A DNA stretch of 64,000 nt from a virus. This document shows positions 9,603 through 18,300 of this stretch, piece after piece; the stretch's first letter is position 1; each line of letters begins with the position of its first letter. The notes below the pieces were generated by a model. The model did no database searches and was not told the DNA's origin. It saw only the letters and a program-made list of their open reading frames with translations. The translations under genes and the position numbers were made by a program. The stretch is from positions 8,954-72,953 of the IMG/VR virus record IMGVR_UViG_3300025327_000717; one strand, given 5' to 3'.

Positions 9603-9644
9603 ACTATACCGCAACGTGTCACCATCGTGCCACTTGCGTGGCAC
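9603..9644 (-). promoter_or_regulatory. promoter with three phased GTGNCAC boxes
   Basis: GTGNCAC at 9616, 9627, 9638 (11-bp spacing) upstream of a minus-strand -10 TATAGT (9603-9608). Confidence 0.6.
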
Positions 9645-9902
9645 GACATGGAGTGCTAGGATGCCACTCGTGGACGCCAAGCTAGCGTTCACAGGAAGAT
9701 GACGGAAACGGGGGGTCCACGCCCCTCAACGTATCCTCGGGTGCAGAGTAACGTGCCACGTCACAGGGCCGACCGGTGAGTGACGAGGCCGGAAGCCCAG
9801 CCAGGGCCGAAACACCAGGTGGCAACCAACGAGGAGTCGAGTCGCACTCTTGAACGTAGTGATTACGTCTCGTGCGGGTATACGAGAGCCCCGCCTTCCG
9901 CA

Positions 9903-9931
9903 AGATGACCCCGGGATGACCGGGGTCTTCC
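9903..9931 (-). terminator. hairpin terminator
   Basis: gaccccgg / ccggggtc stem directly after the stop of 9936-10565. Confidence 0.5.
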
Positions 9932-9935
9932 TGTG

Positions 9936-10565
9936 TCAGGCGTCGACTGGCAGTGGCATCGGATGCAGCATCGACTGCGGCACGATCCACTTCTCAAGAT
10001 CGCCATCCCTTTTGTAGAGATGACGCAGCTTGCCGTGCTCGACGCGGATCCAGCCACGTAAGACGAAGGGATCGATACCGGTCACGAGCAAGGCGACACG
10101 CTCATCGGGATCGTTGTCATAGAGGACGAGAGGTCCGGTGTGGTCCTTCGTGTTGCGGACCTCGACGTTCTTGCCGATGTCTGCTCTCTTGCGGCTGCGT
10201 CGGTAGCTGGACCGTAGGTAACCTTTGTTGTGCGGCAGGCCTGTCAGGCGCGATGCCACGAGTTCAGCGACGATGCCACGGGCTTTGGCTGCGAGCTCGC
10301 CCTCGCGTGGGATGTACTTGGACTTCCAGCCATGCTCGGTGTTGTCTTTGATGATCTTCACGGCACGTCGGAGAGCCTCCTCAGACTCTCTCGACTCGGC
10401 TCGAGTCGACCAACATCCATAGGCGTAGTCATCGTCGATGACATCGTGATGACAGGCATATGCCGGCTCGTTGCGGTATCGGTCGAAGTAGTGCGATGGC
10501 GGGGACCCGCAGGTATAGCAAGGACGCAGTGGGTCGAACGGCTCCCAGCCGTCTCGCCACTTCAT
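9936..10565 (-). CDS. hypothetical protein (N-terminal Cys motif; possible restriction-endonuclease-like fold)
   Basis: CYTC; AELVAS...ADIGKNVEVR resembles a PD-(D/E)XK core. Confidence 0.5.
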   Translation of the reverse strand: MKWRDGWEPFDPLRPCYTCGSPPSHYFDRYRNEPAYACHHDVIDDDYAYGCWSTRAESRESEEALRRAVKIIKDNTEHGWKSKYIPREGELAAKARGIVAELVASRLTGLPHNKGYLRSSYRRSRKRADIGKNVEVRNTKDHTGPLVLYDNDPDERVALLVTGIDPFVLRGWIRVEHGKLRHLYKRDGDLEKWIVPQSMLHPMPLPVDA

Positions 10566-11134
10566 GCCGTCCTTCTCTTCACCAGTGGCAAGGGACTGAT
10601 ACCAGCAGCCTGGATGGGGCAGGTCGCGTCACGACACAGGCCCTCTGGCTCACACTCCTGACAGAACTTCGCGATGGTCTTCTTGTAGATATCCAGACGT
10701 GCATGCGCGAACACACCGAGGCTCCCACGCGTAGCTCTCTGTCGACGAGCCTCGGCCGCGAGCCGACAACGATTCCCGCAATACTTAGCGGTCATACAAC
10801 TGCTGCCGTCGACGAAACCCGTTCCGCAGGTCGCGCAATCCTTGCTCCTGATGGCCACCACCATGGTCAAGATGGCATGGCACGAAAGCACCTCAGCCAA
10901 GATGCTGGCGTTCTCCAGCAACGGCAACCGAAAGCCTGTCCGCCATCGCCAGATGCGCTCTCGTTGGATACCGCTGAGTGATGCCAGGGCGACGTTGCTC
11001 AATCCGCGTTTCGTCATCTCACGGTCAAGAAGACGACTCCATCGCCGCGTCTCCTCTTTGTTGTCGCCGCTAGTCTCCCTCATCCGAGACCGAAGTGGCG
11101 GCGCGATGGGATGGTCATGGGCGATCGCATCCAT
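10562..11134 (-). CDS. XRE-family HTH regulator with C-terminal zinc fingers
   Basis: GLSNVALASLSGIQRERIWRWRTG HTH; CATC...YCGNRCR and CQEC...C...C; true start may be downstream. Confidence 0.7.
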   Translation of the reverse strand: MDAIAHDHPIAPPLRSRMRETSGDNKEETRRWSRLLDREMTKRGLSNVALASLSGIQRERIWRWRTGFRLPLLENASILAEVLSCHAILTMVVAIRSKDCATCGTGFVDGSSCMTAKYCGNRCRLAAEARRQRATRGSLGVFAHARLDIYKKTIAKFCQECEPEGLCRDATCPIQAAGISPLPLVKRRTA

Positions 11135-11331
11135 GGCGGAAGACGAGGCGTCGCCAATCCTTCAAGATGCAGGTCTGAGGTACCGATCTCCGGCGGTAGC
11201 GGCTCATCATCGCGCAGCCACGCGATGCACTCGTCGGCGTCCGCGAAGTGCAGCCAGCGGTGATCCCATCGATACCACGCCAGGTACGCGGCGGCGGCGA
11301 TGAGGGCCAGCAGGATGGCGGCGCGGGTCAT
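11080..11331 (-). CDS. small membrane-anchored hypothetical protein
   Basis: MTRAAILLALIAAAAYLAW hydrophobic N-terminus; ATGA overlap. Confidence 0.5.
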   Translation of the reverse strand: MTRAAILLALIAAAAYLAWYRWDHRWLHFADADECIAWLRDDEPLPPEIGTSDLHLEGLATPRLPPWMRSPMTIPSRRHFGLG

Positions 11332-11600
11332 GGCACGCACCTTCGGCAGCGGCCCTTGCCCTCGACATAGGCGAACAGCTCGGCCCGTGTGATGGGACGA
11401 GCGTCCCTGGCGATGACGCTCGTGGGGGCTATCGCGCGCCACGTTCCCCAGGTCTTCAGCTCCACCTGGCCGCAGCCGCACTTGCGGACCGCGAACCAGA
11501 CCAAGCTGCCCCACGCGCACTCCTGCCAGCGATGCAGGAACGGCAGCAGGCGATGGGCGAGCCTAGCGATGAGAGCCAGGAGGATGGCGGCGCGGATCAT
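11328..11600 (-). CDS. small Cys-containing hypothetical protein
   Basis: MIRAAILLALIA N-terminus duplicated with neighbour; ATGA overlaps. Confidence 0.5.
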   Translation of the reverse strand: MIRAAILLALIARLAHRLLPFLHRWQECAWGSLVWFAVRKCGCGQVELKTWGTWRAIAPTSVIARDARPITRAELFAYVEGKGRCRRCVP

Positions 11601-11756
11601 GCCGCCACCAGCCTGTTCGTGTGATAGCACGTTCGTTCGTTGCACTCGCCATAGGTGCCGCGATGCTTGCTGACGCGGTGCCAACGCCGTCCCGCAGCTT
11701 CCAACTCCTGCTTGGCCTTCGCGATGCTGATGCCTGTCCTGGTCGGCGTCGTCGGG

Positions 11757-12077
11757 CTAGCCACGGCGCAGCGCCTCGATGTCGCTGGCGGCGAAGTCGA
11801 GCCACGTCTGCTGGTGATCGCAGCCGGCGAGGTCGTGCTCGCCAAGGTCGCTGATGCAGAAGCCCGGTCCCCAGCGGTCGTGCTGACGTACCGCCAGGCT
11901 CTCCACCGTGACCGCGGCACCCGTCTCTAGCAGCGCCTTGATGGCGCTGAGGTCGGGATCCAGCCGTTCCAAGGCAAGAGTCGCGTCGTGTAGCACTTCC
12001 CACGTCGAGGTGAGCCTGCGACGGTGATGCTCCATCGTGGCCTCCAGCACCGCCAGGGCGGCCTCGGCGGGGGTCAT
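11757..12077 (-). CDS. hypothetical protein
   Basis: ATGA-coupled to upstream gene. Confidence 0.55.
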   Translation of the reverse strand: MTPAEAALAVLEATMEHHRRRLTSTWEVLHDATLALERLDPDLSAIKALLETGAAVTVESLAVRQHDRWGPGFCISDLGEHDLAGCDHQQTWLDFAASDIEALRRG

Positions 12078-12427
12078 GGCTTCGTCCCCAGAGCTGCGTC
12101 GATGGCGGCGGCGACAGCGCCCTCCAGCGTCGCAGCCTTGCGCCGGAACTCCAGTTGGTCGCCCGCATACAGCATCGCCTCGTAACCCGAGATGTTGTAA
12201 CCAAGCACCCACCAGAAGTCCGACTCGATCAGCCGCTCCACCGCGGCGCCGATGGCAGCCTGTCGGGCGAGGTCGGAGGGGATGGCCTCCATGGCTCGTT
12301 CAGCACTGCAAGAGCACTCGCGAGCCTCAGCCTCGGGGTCGAGCATCGAACAGTCCGAGAAGTGACCGTGCTCGAAGTAGTACATCCAGTCGTATTCGAC
12401 CTCGGCCAGCATCTCCTCGGGGGTCAT
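12074..12427 (-). CDS. hypothetical protein
   Basis: Strong RBS AAGGAGG; ATGA overlaps at both ends. Confidence 0.65.
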   Translation of the reverse strand: MTPEEMLAEVEYDWMYYFEHGHFSDCSMLDPEAEARECSCSAERAMEAIPSDLARQAAIGAAVERLIESDFWWVLGYNISGYEAMLYAGDQLEFRRKAATLEGAVAAAIDAALGTKP

Positions 12428-12618
12428 GCTCCCTCCTTCTGGGCCTCGTGGGCGGCGAGGGCCTTACGAGCGTTAGCGATGCCGTCTGCATGCAGCGGGT
12501 TGTCGTCACAGGCACGGTGCTGCGTCCGATGCTCCAGTTCGTAGTCCCAGAGCGCCCGGTACAGCGCGTCGGCATCAGCGCGGGCAGCGTCACGCTCGGC
12601 TTGCAGCTCGGGGGTCAT
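12424..12618 (-). CDS. modular hypothetical protein (coiled-coil + AAHEAQKEGA end)
   Basis: Shares internal and C-terminal segments with 15019-15564. Confidence 0.6.
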   Translation of the reverse strand: MTPELQAERDAARADADALYRALWDYELEHRTQHRACDDNPLHADGIANARKALAAHEAQKEGA

Positions 12619-12842
12619 GGCACTCGCTCCACGTGGATGTTGGCTTTGTCTGACTGCCAGATATGCGTCTCGGGCTCGCCCTCCACGTCGTCCCTTGCCC
12701 GCCAGATGATGATGGCTGCCTCGATGGCGGCGAAGGGATCGAGGTGCTCGACCGTCACCACTTCGATGAACCGCCGCGGGGCGATGGACACGCCCGGGCT
12801 CAGGGCGACCATGTAGCGGTAGGACTCAGGCAACGGGCTCAT
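12615..12842 (-). CDS. hypothetical protein
   Basis: ATGA overlaps. Confidence 0.55.
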   Translation of the reverse strand: MSPLPESYRYMVALSPGVSIAPRRFIEVVTVEHLDPFAAIEAAIIIWRARDDVEGEPETHIWQSDKANIHVERVP

Positions 12843-13129
12843 GGCTTCTCCAGCGCGAGGTAGGCATCCACGGCATCGTGCAGGTCATCGCCTTCGTCCT
12901 CGAGCCGCAACCGCATCCCGATACCCATCGTCGATATGGGGTCGTCCGGGTCGCTGAACATCACCAACTCGTTCTCGAGGAAGTCATCGATGCGCACTGC
13001 GGCTTCGACGAGCGCAGCCAGGACCTTGCCTCGTGAGTCCTCGAGGATGCGCGAAGCCAGCACCGTCTGGCCCGCCTTCTCGAGGTCCCATATCACGTCA
13101 GCGAGCAGCGCGTGCAGTGTCATGGACAC
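12839..13129 (-). CDS. hypothetical protein
   Basis: ORF tiling. Confidence 0.55.
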   Translation of the reverse strand: MSMTLHALLADVIWDLEKAGQTVLASRILEDSRGKVLAALVEAAVRIDDFLENELVMFSDPDDPISTMGIGMRLRLEDEGDDLHDAVDAYLALEKP

Positions 13130-13273
13130 GACGCCGTCGACACGGTCATCGCCACGGCGGTGACCGTGAGGCAGATGATGATGACCAGAAGCAGGATCAG
13201 CCAGCGTGTCTGGTCGCTCATCGGATCACCGGTCTCGGTAGCCTGATGTTGACCCTACCCATGTGTCATCTCC

Positions 13274-13714
13274 CTATCGACTCCCGCCTGGCCCGATACG
13301 AGCCAGGCCGCCATCTTCGACGAACTCACCGAGCGTCCTGCCGTTCGGCATGAGCAGGTAGGGCATGAACTCCTGCTCGAGGCTGGTATCCCCACCATCG
13401 ATGAACTCGAGTTTGGCTTTGATGAGCAGGACGTGGGCACGCCAGCGTCGGCGCCACTCTTGCTCGGCTTTCGTCTTCCAGTCGACGTTATGCGAATAGA
13501 CGTAGTCACCGGAGTCACGCTTTCGAATCTCATCAGCCGTAGGCCTCATGATGCGGAACCGGAAGCGCTGGTCCCCGAGTTCGAACTGAAGCGTGTCGCC
13601 GACCGGCTCCGTACCCCAGGCCATGCGCTCACAGCCATGCTTGGCGAGGATGCCACTGATCTCGCCTCGGCTGCTCTCGACCGAGACCTTCGTGCCATCC
13701 GCGAACCGCTTCAT
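13274..13714 (-). CDS. phage hypothetical protein
   Basis: RBS AGGAGG; globular-looking 146-aa sequence. Confidence 0.65.
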   Translation of the reverse strand: MKRFADGTKVSVESSRGEISGILAKHGCERMAWGTEPVGDTLQFELGDQRFRFRIMRPTADEIRKRDSGDYVYSHNVDWKTKAEQEWRRRWRAHVLLIKAKLEFIDGGDTSLEQEFMPYLLMPNGRTLGEFVEDGGLARIGPGGSR

Positions 13715-13853
13715 CGACGCGTCTCCTCCTGTCGCTTCCCCGGGCAGACCTTCGTAGCAGTCAAGTTCGTCTGTCCGCAGTCCATGCAGACCTTCCGCAC
13801 ACCGGTGATCCTCGTGAACGCGGTGTTACTGATCCAGACATGACGACGCTCGA

Positions 13854-14048
13854 TCACTTCGCTCCCTCCTTCTGGGCCTCGGTGTAGAACTCCAATAAGC
13901 CATCGCTTCGCCTCACGACGACAAAGGGGTGGCCGACTAGCCGGAAGCGGTAGGGTCGATCGTCATCCATCTTGGTCGGGTCCAACCTAGCGACGGTGCC
14001 GTACTCGTGGATGGCATCCCTGTCACGACGCAAACGAAGGAACCTCAC
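13854..14048 (-). CDS. hypothetical protein flanked by boundary repeats
   Basis: Both start and stop sit in copies of the GGAGCGAAGTGA motif. Confidence 0.5.
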   Translation of the reverse strand: MRFLRLRRDRDAIHEYGTVARLDPTKMDDDRPYRFRLVGHPFVVVRRSDGLLEFYTEAQKEGAK

Positions 14049-14076
14049 TTCGCTCCTTCCCCCTAGGCCTCGGCGA

Positions 14077-14463
14077 TCACTGGAGATCGATCTCGGGGAC
14101 GATCACGGACGGTTTGAAGATGACCCGGTACTGCTGCGTGCTCGCGTCGGCCGCGTCGAGCTGCTCCACGAAGTAGGTCACGTTGTCGGACAGGCCCAGG
14201 AAGTGCTTCTTGAACTGCCCTTCCGGGGTCTTGCAAGTGACCTCCAGTGAGCCACCGAGCGCCGCGTGCTCTGTCTCGACCGAGCAGCGGCCCTCGATCA
14301 CCAGGAGGTACTTGTCGGTGATGCCGTTCATGAAGATGACCCGGCGCTGGATCTCGAACTGCTCCGCGGCCACGGACAGGTTCTGGGAGGCCACGTCGGC
14401 ATCAGAGCTGCAAGCTGCGATCGCGAAGGCGGACAGCGCCAACGCTACGATGGACTTCTTCAT
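14077..14463 (-). CDS. phage lipoprotein
   Basis: MKK + hydrophobic stretch + lipobox IAAC. Confidence 0.8.
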   Translation of the reverse strand: MKKSIVALALSAFAIAACSSDADVASQNLSVAAEQFEIQRRVIFMNGITDKYLLVIEGRCSVETEHAALGGSLEVTCKTPEGQFKKHFLGLSDNVTYFVEQLDAADASTQQYRVIFKPSVIVPEIDLQ

Positions 14464-14789
14464 CTGGACTCCTCCTTCTGTGGCTCGTAGGTCAGCATGT
14501 CTTCGACACGCTCCTGTAGTTCAGCGATGCGTCGGGCCTCGTGGACGAGAGCTGCGTATGGAGCTGCCATCCGGGCGAGGTCATCGAGTGCGGCCACAAG
14601 GCTGTGATCAGACGTAGCCGCGAGTACGGGGCCCTCTTCCATCGGCGGCGCCAGCCCGCCGTCAGCGCCGAGCAGGCGAGCCGTCCAGCACCCGCGTGGC
14701 TTCCCACTCGGGTTCCACCAGACGTCCATGCGCCAACCGCGGGCCTTCATCACAGCCGCCGTGGCCTGCCAGCGACGCGGCTCACTCAT
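14460..14789 (-). CDS. hypothetical protein
   Basis: Starts and ends in boundary repeats; ATGA overlaps. Confidence 0.55.
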   Translation of the reverse strand: MSEPRRWQATAAVMKARGWRMDVWWNPSGKPRGCWTARLLGADGGLAPPMEEGPVLAATSDHSLVAALDDLARMAAPYAALVHEARRIAELQERVEDMLTYEPQKEESR

Positions 14790-15022
14790 ACTCCCTCCTT
14801 CTGGACGACGATGCGGTCCATCTCGCTGATGGCCCAGTCGAGTGCTGCCTGCCACGCCTTGCCCTCAGTCCCGAAGGGACGCCATCCGACATCCTTGACG
14901 TTCTCGACGGCCCGTCTCATCTGCTCGACCTCCTCGGCCAAGAGGGACCGCGATGGTGGCCGCTTGCGCCGGGCGGGCGGGGTCCAGTCGTCCGGGGAAC
15001 TGCCGACGACGTAGATGCTCAT
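14786..15022 (-). CDS. hypothetical protein
   Basis: Starts and ends in boundary repeats. Confidence 0.55.
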   Translation of the reverse strand: MSIYVVGSSPDDWTPPARRKRPPSRSLLAEEVEQMRRAVENVKDVGWRPFGTEGKAWQAALDWAISEMDRIVVQKEGV

Positions 15023-15564
15023 GCTTTCTCCTTCTGGGCCTCGTGGGCGGCGATGGCGGGTCCCCAATCGCAAGCGCAGAGGCCATACAGCATCCGGCCA
15101 GCCTCGTCGTACCCGACCGCAGAGCGCGACTTGCAGGCCGGGTCGTGTTGCCCAGCTTCGGCCAGCGCCTCGGCATCGGCGCGGGCAGCGTCACACTCAA
15201 GGCTGCGTTGCCGCTCGGCCCGTTGCAGTGTCTTGGTCGTCTCGATGTAAGCATCTCGGGAAGCGGTCATCCGGTCCAGCGCGGCGCGGGCAGCGTCACG
15301 CTCAGCCTCGTACTCCTGGGCCGTGTCGCCCCAGCCGTTACGTTCGGTGGTCATCGCGTCCAGCGCTATGAGGAGGGCCCGGCGATCCTGGGCGGCACGG
15401 TGATACCAACGCCAGAGATTCGCATCCTTGGGCGTCTCTGGAGGCTTACCGGACCCATCCCAAGCCTCGATGGCCTCGATGAAGAACAACATCGGGGAGT
15501 CATCTGAAACACCGGGGTAGGCGCGAGCCCGCTCTCGGATGGCCTCGATGTCAGCCACGCTCAT
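15019..15564 (-). CDS. modular coiled-coil hypothetical protein
   Basis: Two E(R/C)DAARA repeats; ends AAHEAQKEKA. Confidence 0.6.
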   Translation of the reverse strand: MSVADIEAIRERARAYPGVSDDSPMLFFIEAIEAWDGSGKPPETPKDANLWRWYHRAAQDRRALLIALDAMTTERNGWGDTAQEYEAERDAARAALDRMTASRDAYIETTKTLQRAERQRSLECDAARADAEALAEAGQHDPACKSRSAVGYDEAGRMLYGLCACDWGPAIAAHEAQKEKA

Positions 15565-15590
15565 GCTCTCTCCCGGCATGAGCCTCATGA

Positions 15591-15824
15591 CTAGTCCACG
15601 ATGGGCAGGGAGTCATAGAGATCGAACTCCTCGATGAAACGTTCATCTGGATACCACCGAGCGATGGTCTCCATGGGCACCCCGGGATGAAGCTCACGCC
15701 AGCGCTCCCGCGCCTTTTCGAAGAACGCAGCACTGTACTGCTCGGCCAGCTCACGAGTCTCGAAGAGCGCCTCGACCTGGTAGTCCGAATAGCTGCCTGA
15801 CGAGACCGAGTAGACCGTCCTCAT
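15591..15824 (-). CDS. hypothetical protein
   Basis: MRTVYSVSSGSYSDY start; ATGA overlap. Confidence 0.6.
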   Translation of the reverse strand: MRTVYSVSSGSYSDYQVEALFETRELAEQYSAAFFEKARERWRELHPGVPMETIARWYPDERFIEEFDLYDSLPIVD

Positions 15825-16153
15825 GCGATCTCCGAAGCCAACTCGGATAGAGCGGCGAGCAAGACGGGTGTCTCGCGTCGTCGCGTCTCGGTGTGGTACT
15901 GCATGGCGTCGTTCGTGTCGATACCGGTCATGTCCACACGGGTCGGATGACCCACTCGTTCGTGAAGCACTCCCTGGAGGATGTCGCGCATCGTGGTCTC
16001 CCAACTGGCGACGAGCGAACCGCCGCCCCAAGGCTTGGGACCAACGATGCGAAGACCGTTGAGATAGACGCTCGGGCCCTCCACACCACTGACATGTTGG
16101 ATGACGATCGGACGGTCGAGTCCATCGACCGCGAAGGCTGGGTTGTTACTCAT
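15821..16153 (-). CDS. hypothetical protein
   Basis: Start within boundary repeat. Confidence 0.55.
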   Translation of the reverse strand: MSNNPAFAVDGLDRPIVIQHVSGVEGPSVYLNGLRIVGPKPWGGGSLVASWETTMRDILQGVLHERVGHPTRVDMTGIDTNDAMQYHTETRRRETPVLLAALSELASEIA

Positions 16154-16446
16154 GCTCCTTCCTTCTGGGCCGCGAGAGCGGCGAGGGCGGTCACCGCGTC
16201 CCATCCGACGACGTAGCCGTGCTCGAAGGCACGGATGACACCGCAAGGGTAGCGACGCAGGCAGCGCCAGCAGACGCCCAGCCGCTTCCGGTGGTGCCTA
16301 TGGAAGATGGCTGCACGATCGATGGTGACCATATCCGTCTCCTTCACTAGTGATATGTCCTCTTCGAGTCGCTCGTAAGCCCGGCCCATGTCGATGCCAT
16401 CGAGGAAGGCCTGATAACACGGAGCACCGGGACGATAGCCGGACAT
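16150..16446 (-). CDS. hypothetical protein
   Basis: CWRC motif; ends AAQKEGA. Confidence 0.5.
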   Translation of the reverse strand: MSGYRPGAPCYQAFLDGIDMGRAYERLEEDISLVKETDMVTIDRAAIFHRHHRKRLGVCWRCLRRYPCGVIRAFEHGYVVGWDAVTALAALAAQKEGA

Positions 16447-16568
16447 CTAGTCGTGACCCATCTCGAACGTGATGTCCCGATGGCCCTGCAGATATGCCAT
16501 CAGGGTGATCCTCAGGATGGTCCAAGCGATCGCGAAGCCCCTTCGTCGGGGGACCTCGAAGCTCCCTT

Positions 16569-16868
16569 TCATCGCCTCATCTTGCCCTTCACCTGAGCTT
16601 CCTTGGAGAAGTCAGGCAACGGTCGCTTGGCGGTGCTCCGTCCCACCGTCGTCTTGGCGATGGCCTCCACGAGCTCCTTTCGGATGAGGGGCCTGGATGG
16701 AGCGTCCTTGACGACGGGGATGAGCGGGCCCATCGTCCCGCCTTCCGCGATGGCCATGAGCTCGGCTGTCGCTTCAGGGAACCAGATGCCCTCTCCGACC
16801 AGGACCGGCTCATCGAGTCTCTGGAAGCGCTTCTGGAACTCTCTAGCCGTGACCCTACGCATGGGCAC
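16569..16868 (-). CDS. Phd/YefM-like DNA-binding protein (putative regulator)
   Basis: MRRVTAREFQKRFQRLDEPVLV; first gene of the leftward unit; GGAGG RBS. Confidence 0.55.
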   Translation of the reverse strand: MPMRRVTAREFQKRFQRLDEPVLVGEGIWFPEATAELMAIAEGGTMGPLIPVVKDAPSRPLIRKELVEAIAKTTVGRSTAKRPLPDFSKEAQVKGKMRR

Positions 16869-16877
16869 CTCCGTAAG

Positions 16878-16993
16878 TACGATGTAGATACACCTGTGGG
16901 CAGGATATCATGGCGTACCTACGATGTCCATACGATGACCGTACGTCGTCTATACGCTGAGCACGTGTGTCCTCGCGATGTATATACATCGTA
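16878..16993. promoter_or_regulatory. iterated TACGATG operator-like sites
   Basis: TACGATG at 16878, 16920, 16931; palindrome CGATGTATATACATCG at 16976-16991. Confidence 0.6.
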
Positions 16994-17156
16994 GGGCAGC
17001 TTGCTATGTGGATGCGAGGGGAGAACGGGTGTGCGGCGGGTGTCTCTGCACATCACTCGAGCATCCCCAAGCACGCTTGGTTTGGGACCCACCCCCGGCG
17101 GCCTATAGTCTTCTCAGCGGGGCGAACCCTGCCCCGGACAGCATCAGGAGGGCATC

Positions 17157-17402
17157 ATGCCCACGCTCACACAAGCGCAGTACGACGCGCTGATAGCGCT
17201 CATCGACGCGCCCACGTCACGCCCACACAAGGCCAAGGCCAAGTCCACGGTGCGCACGTTCCGCACGCTCGTCGAGCGTGAGGCCGGCCAAGGCTTCCCA
17301 TGCACGGCACCCGAGCCATGCACGCGTACGGATCTGCGCACGGCATCGGGCGCAGGCTCGCATGAGCAGAGCACCGAGCACGGTTGGCACATCGCCAAGT
17401 AG
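17157..17402 (+). CDS. hypothetical protein (first gene of the rightward unit)
   Basis: -10 TATAGT at 17104, AGGAGG RBS, downstream hairpin. Confidence 0.65.
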   Translation: MPTLTQAQYDALIALIDAPTSRPHKAKAKSTVRTFRTLVEREAGQGFPCTAPEPCTRTDLRTASGAGSHEQSTEHGWHIAK

Positions 17403-17413
17403 CCCACGCACGA

Positions 17414-17439
17414 GAGAGCCGGCCTACGGGTCGGCTCTC
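17414..17439 (+). terminator. UNCG-capped hairpin
   Basis: gagagccggcc-TACG-ggtcggctctc. Confidence 0.55.
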
Positions 17440-18066
17440 GTCATGTCTGCCCGAAGCACACAAGGAGCCACCATGTCACTGCAGCTAGCCCGCGACACAT
17501 ACGCACGTTCGGTCGTTCGTGATGGAGGCGCGATGGAAGCACGCTCACAGCGACCCCTCATCGCCGTGTCTGCCCCGGTCACGGCGCACACACACAACAC
17601 AGCCACAGGCTTCGTCCGCGTCCCGCACGTCGGTGCATGGCCCACCACCACCGGTTGTCTCTGCGACTGTCACGGTGACCCTTCCTCTCCATGTGATGTC
17701 GCATCGTGTATCGACCTTCCGTTGACGTTCTAGGACGACAGGGAGGCGGCGAGAGCCTGCCTCCCTTCTCCGTGCGTGGGCATGTGCCAGGGTCCGAGGG
17801 CACACTCGGAGTACATGCTCACGCATGGACGACGTTCGTCCGCCGTGCGCGCCTCGTTCATCGATGCCGCACGTGTCATGTATCCCATAGCAGGGGAGAG
17901 CACAGCATGAGGCAACGCCTCGCGTGGATCATGTGGCGATGGTTGCGCCATCCGTTGATCAGCGGCTCTGATCTCAAGGCCCGCACCACGCCCAGGTAGG
18001 GCGCGTGCAGGCTCGTACCGTACTGGCAGCAGCCGCTCGTTGGCGGCCTAGCATGAGGAGTGTCTG

Positions 18067-18300
18067 ATGACACACATCGGGAACGGCGTGGGCCGCATCC
18101 AGCTCATCCGCGCGGATGGTTCGTTGCGGGCCATCGAGGATGAGCTGGCATCGTTGGGCTACGACGGTATCGACTTCGAGCCGCTCGGGCGCGAGGTACG
18201 AGCCACCTCGTACAACGCTCGTGGGCAGAAGGTCGAAGCGCTCGGCCGTAACGAAGTGCTCGCGGCACAGTCGCTCGTGCGCGTGCTCCGTCGGCCATGA
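18067..18300 (+). CDS. hypothetical protein
   Basis: GAGGAG RBS; ATGA overlap. Confidence 0.65.
   Translation: MTHIGNGVGRIQLIRADGSLRAIEDELASLGYDGIDFEPLGREVRATSYNARGQKVEALGRNEVLAAQSLVRVLRRP

Larger units (their letters stand above)
12424..16170 (-). repeat. dispersed gene-boundary direct repeats (consensus GCCCAGAAGGAGGGAGCATGA)
   Basis: Copies at 12424-12461, 13854-13881, 14045-14072, 14460-14488, 14786-14804, 15019-15053, 16150-16170. Confidence 0.8.

Noticed and set aside
12424-16170. Boundary repeats as a CRISPR array or integron attC sites
   Set aside because: Spacing is gene-sized and irregular, repeats are degenerate and non-palindromic, and no cas1 or integron integrase is present
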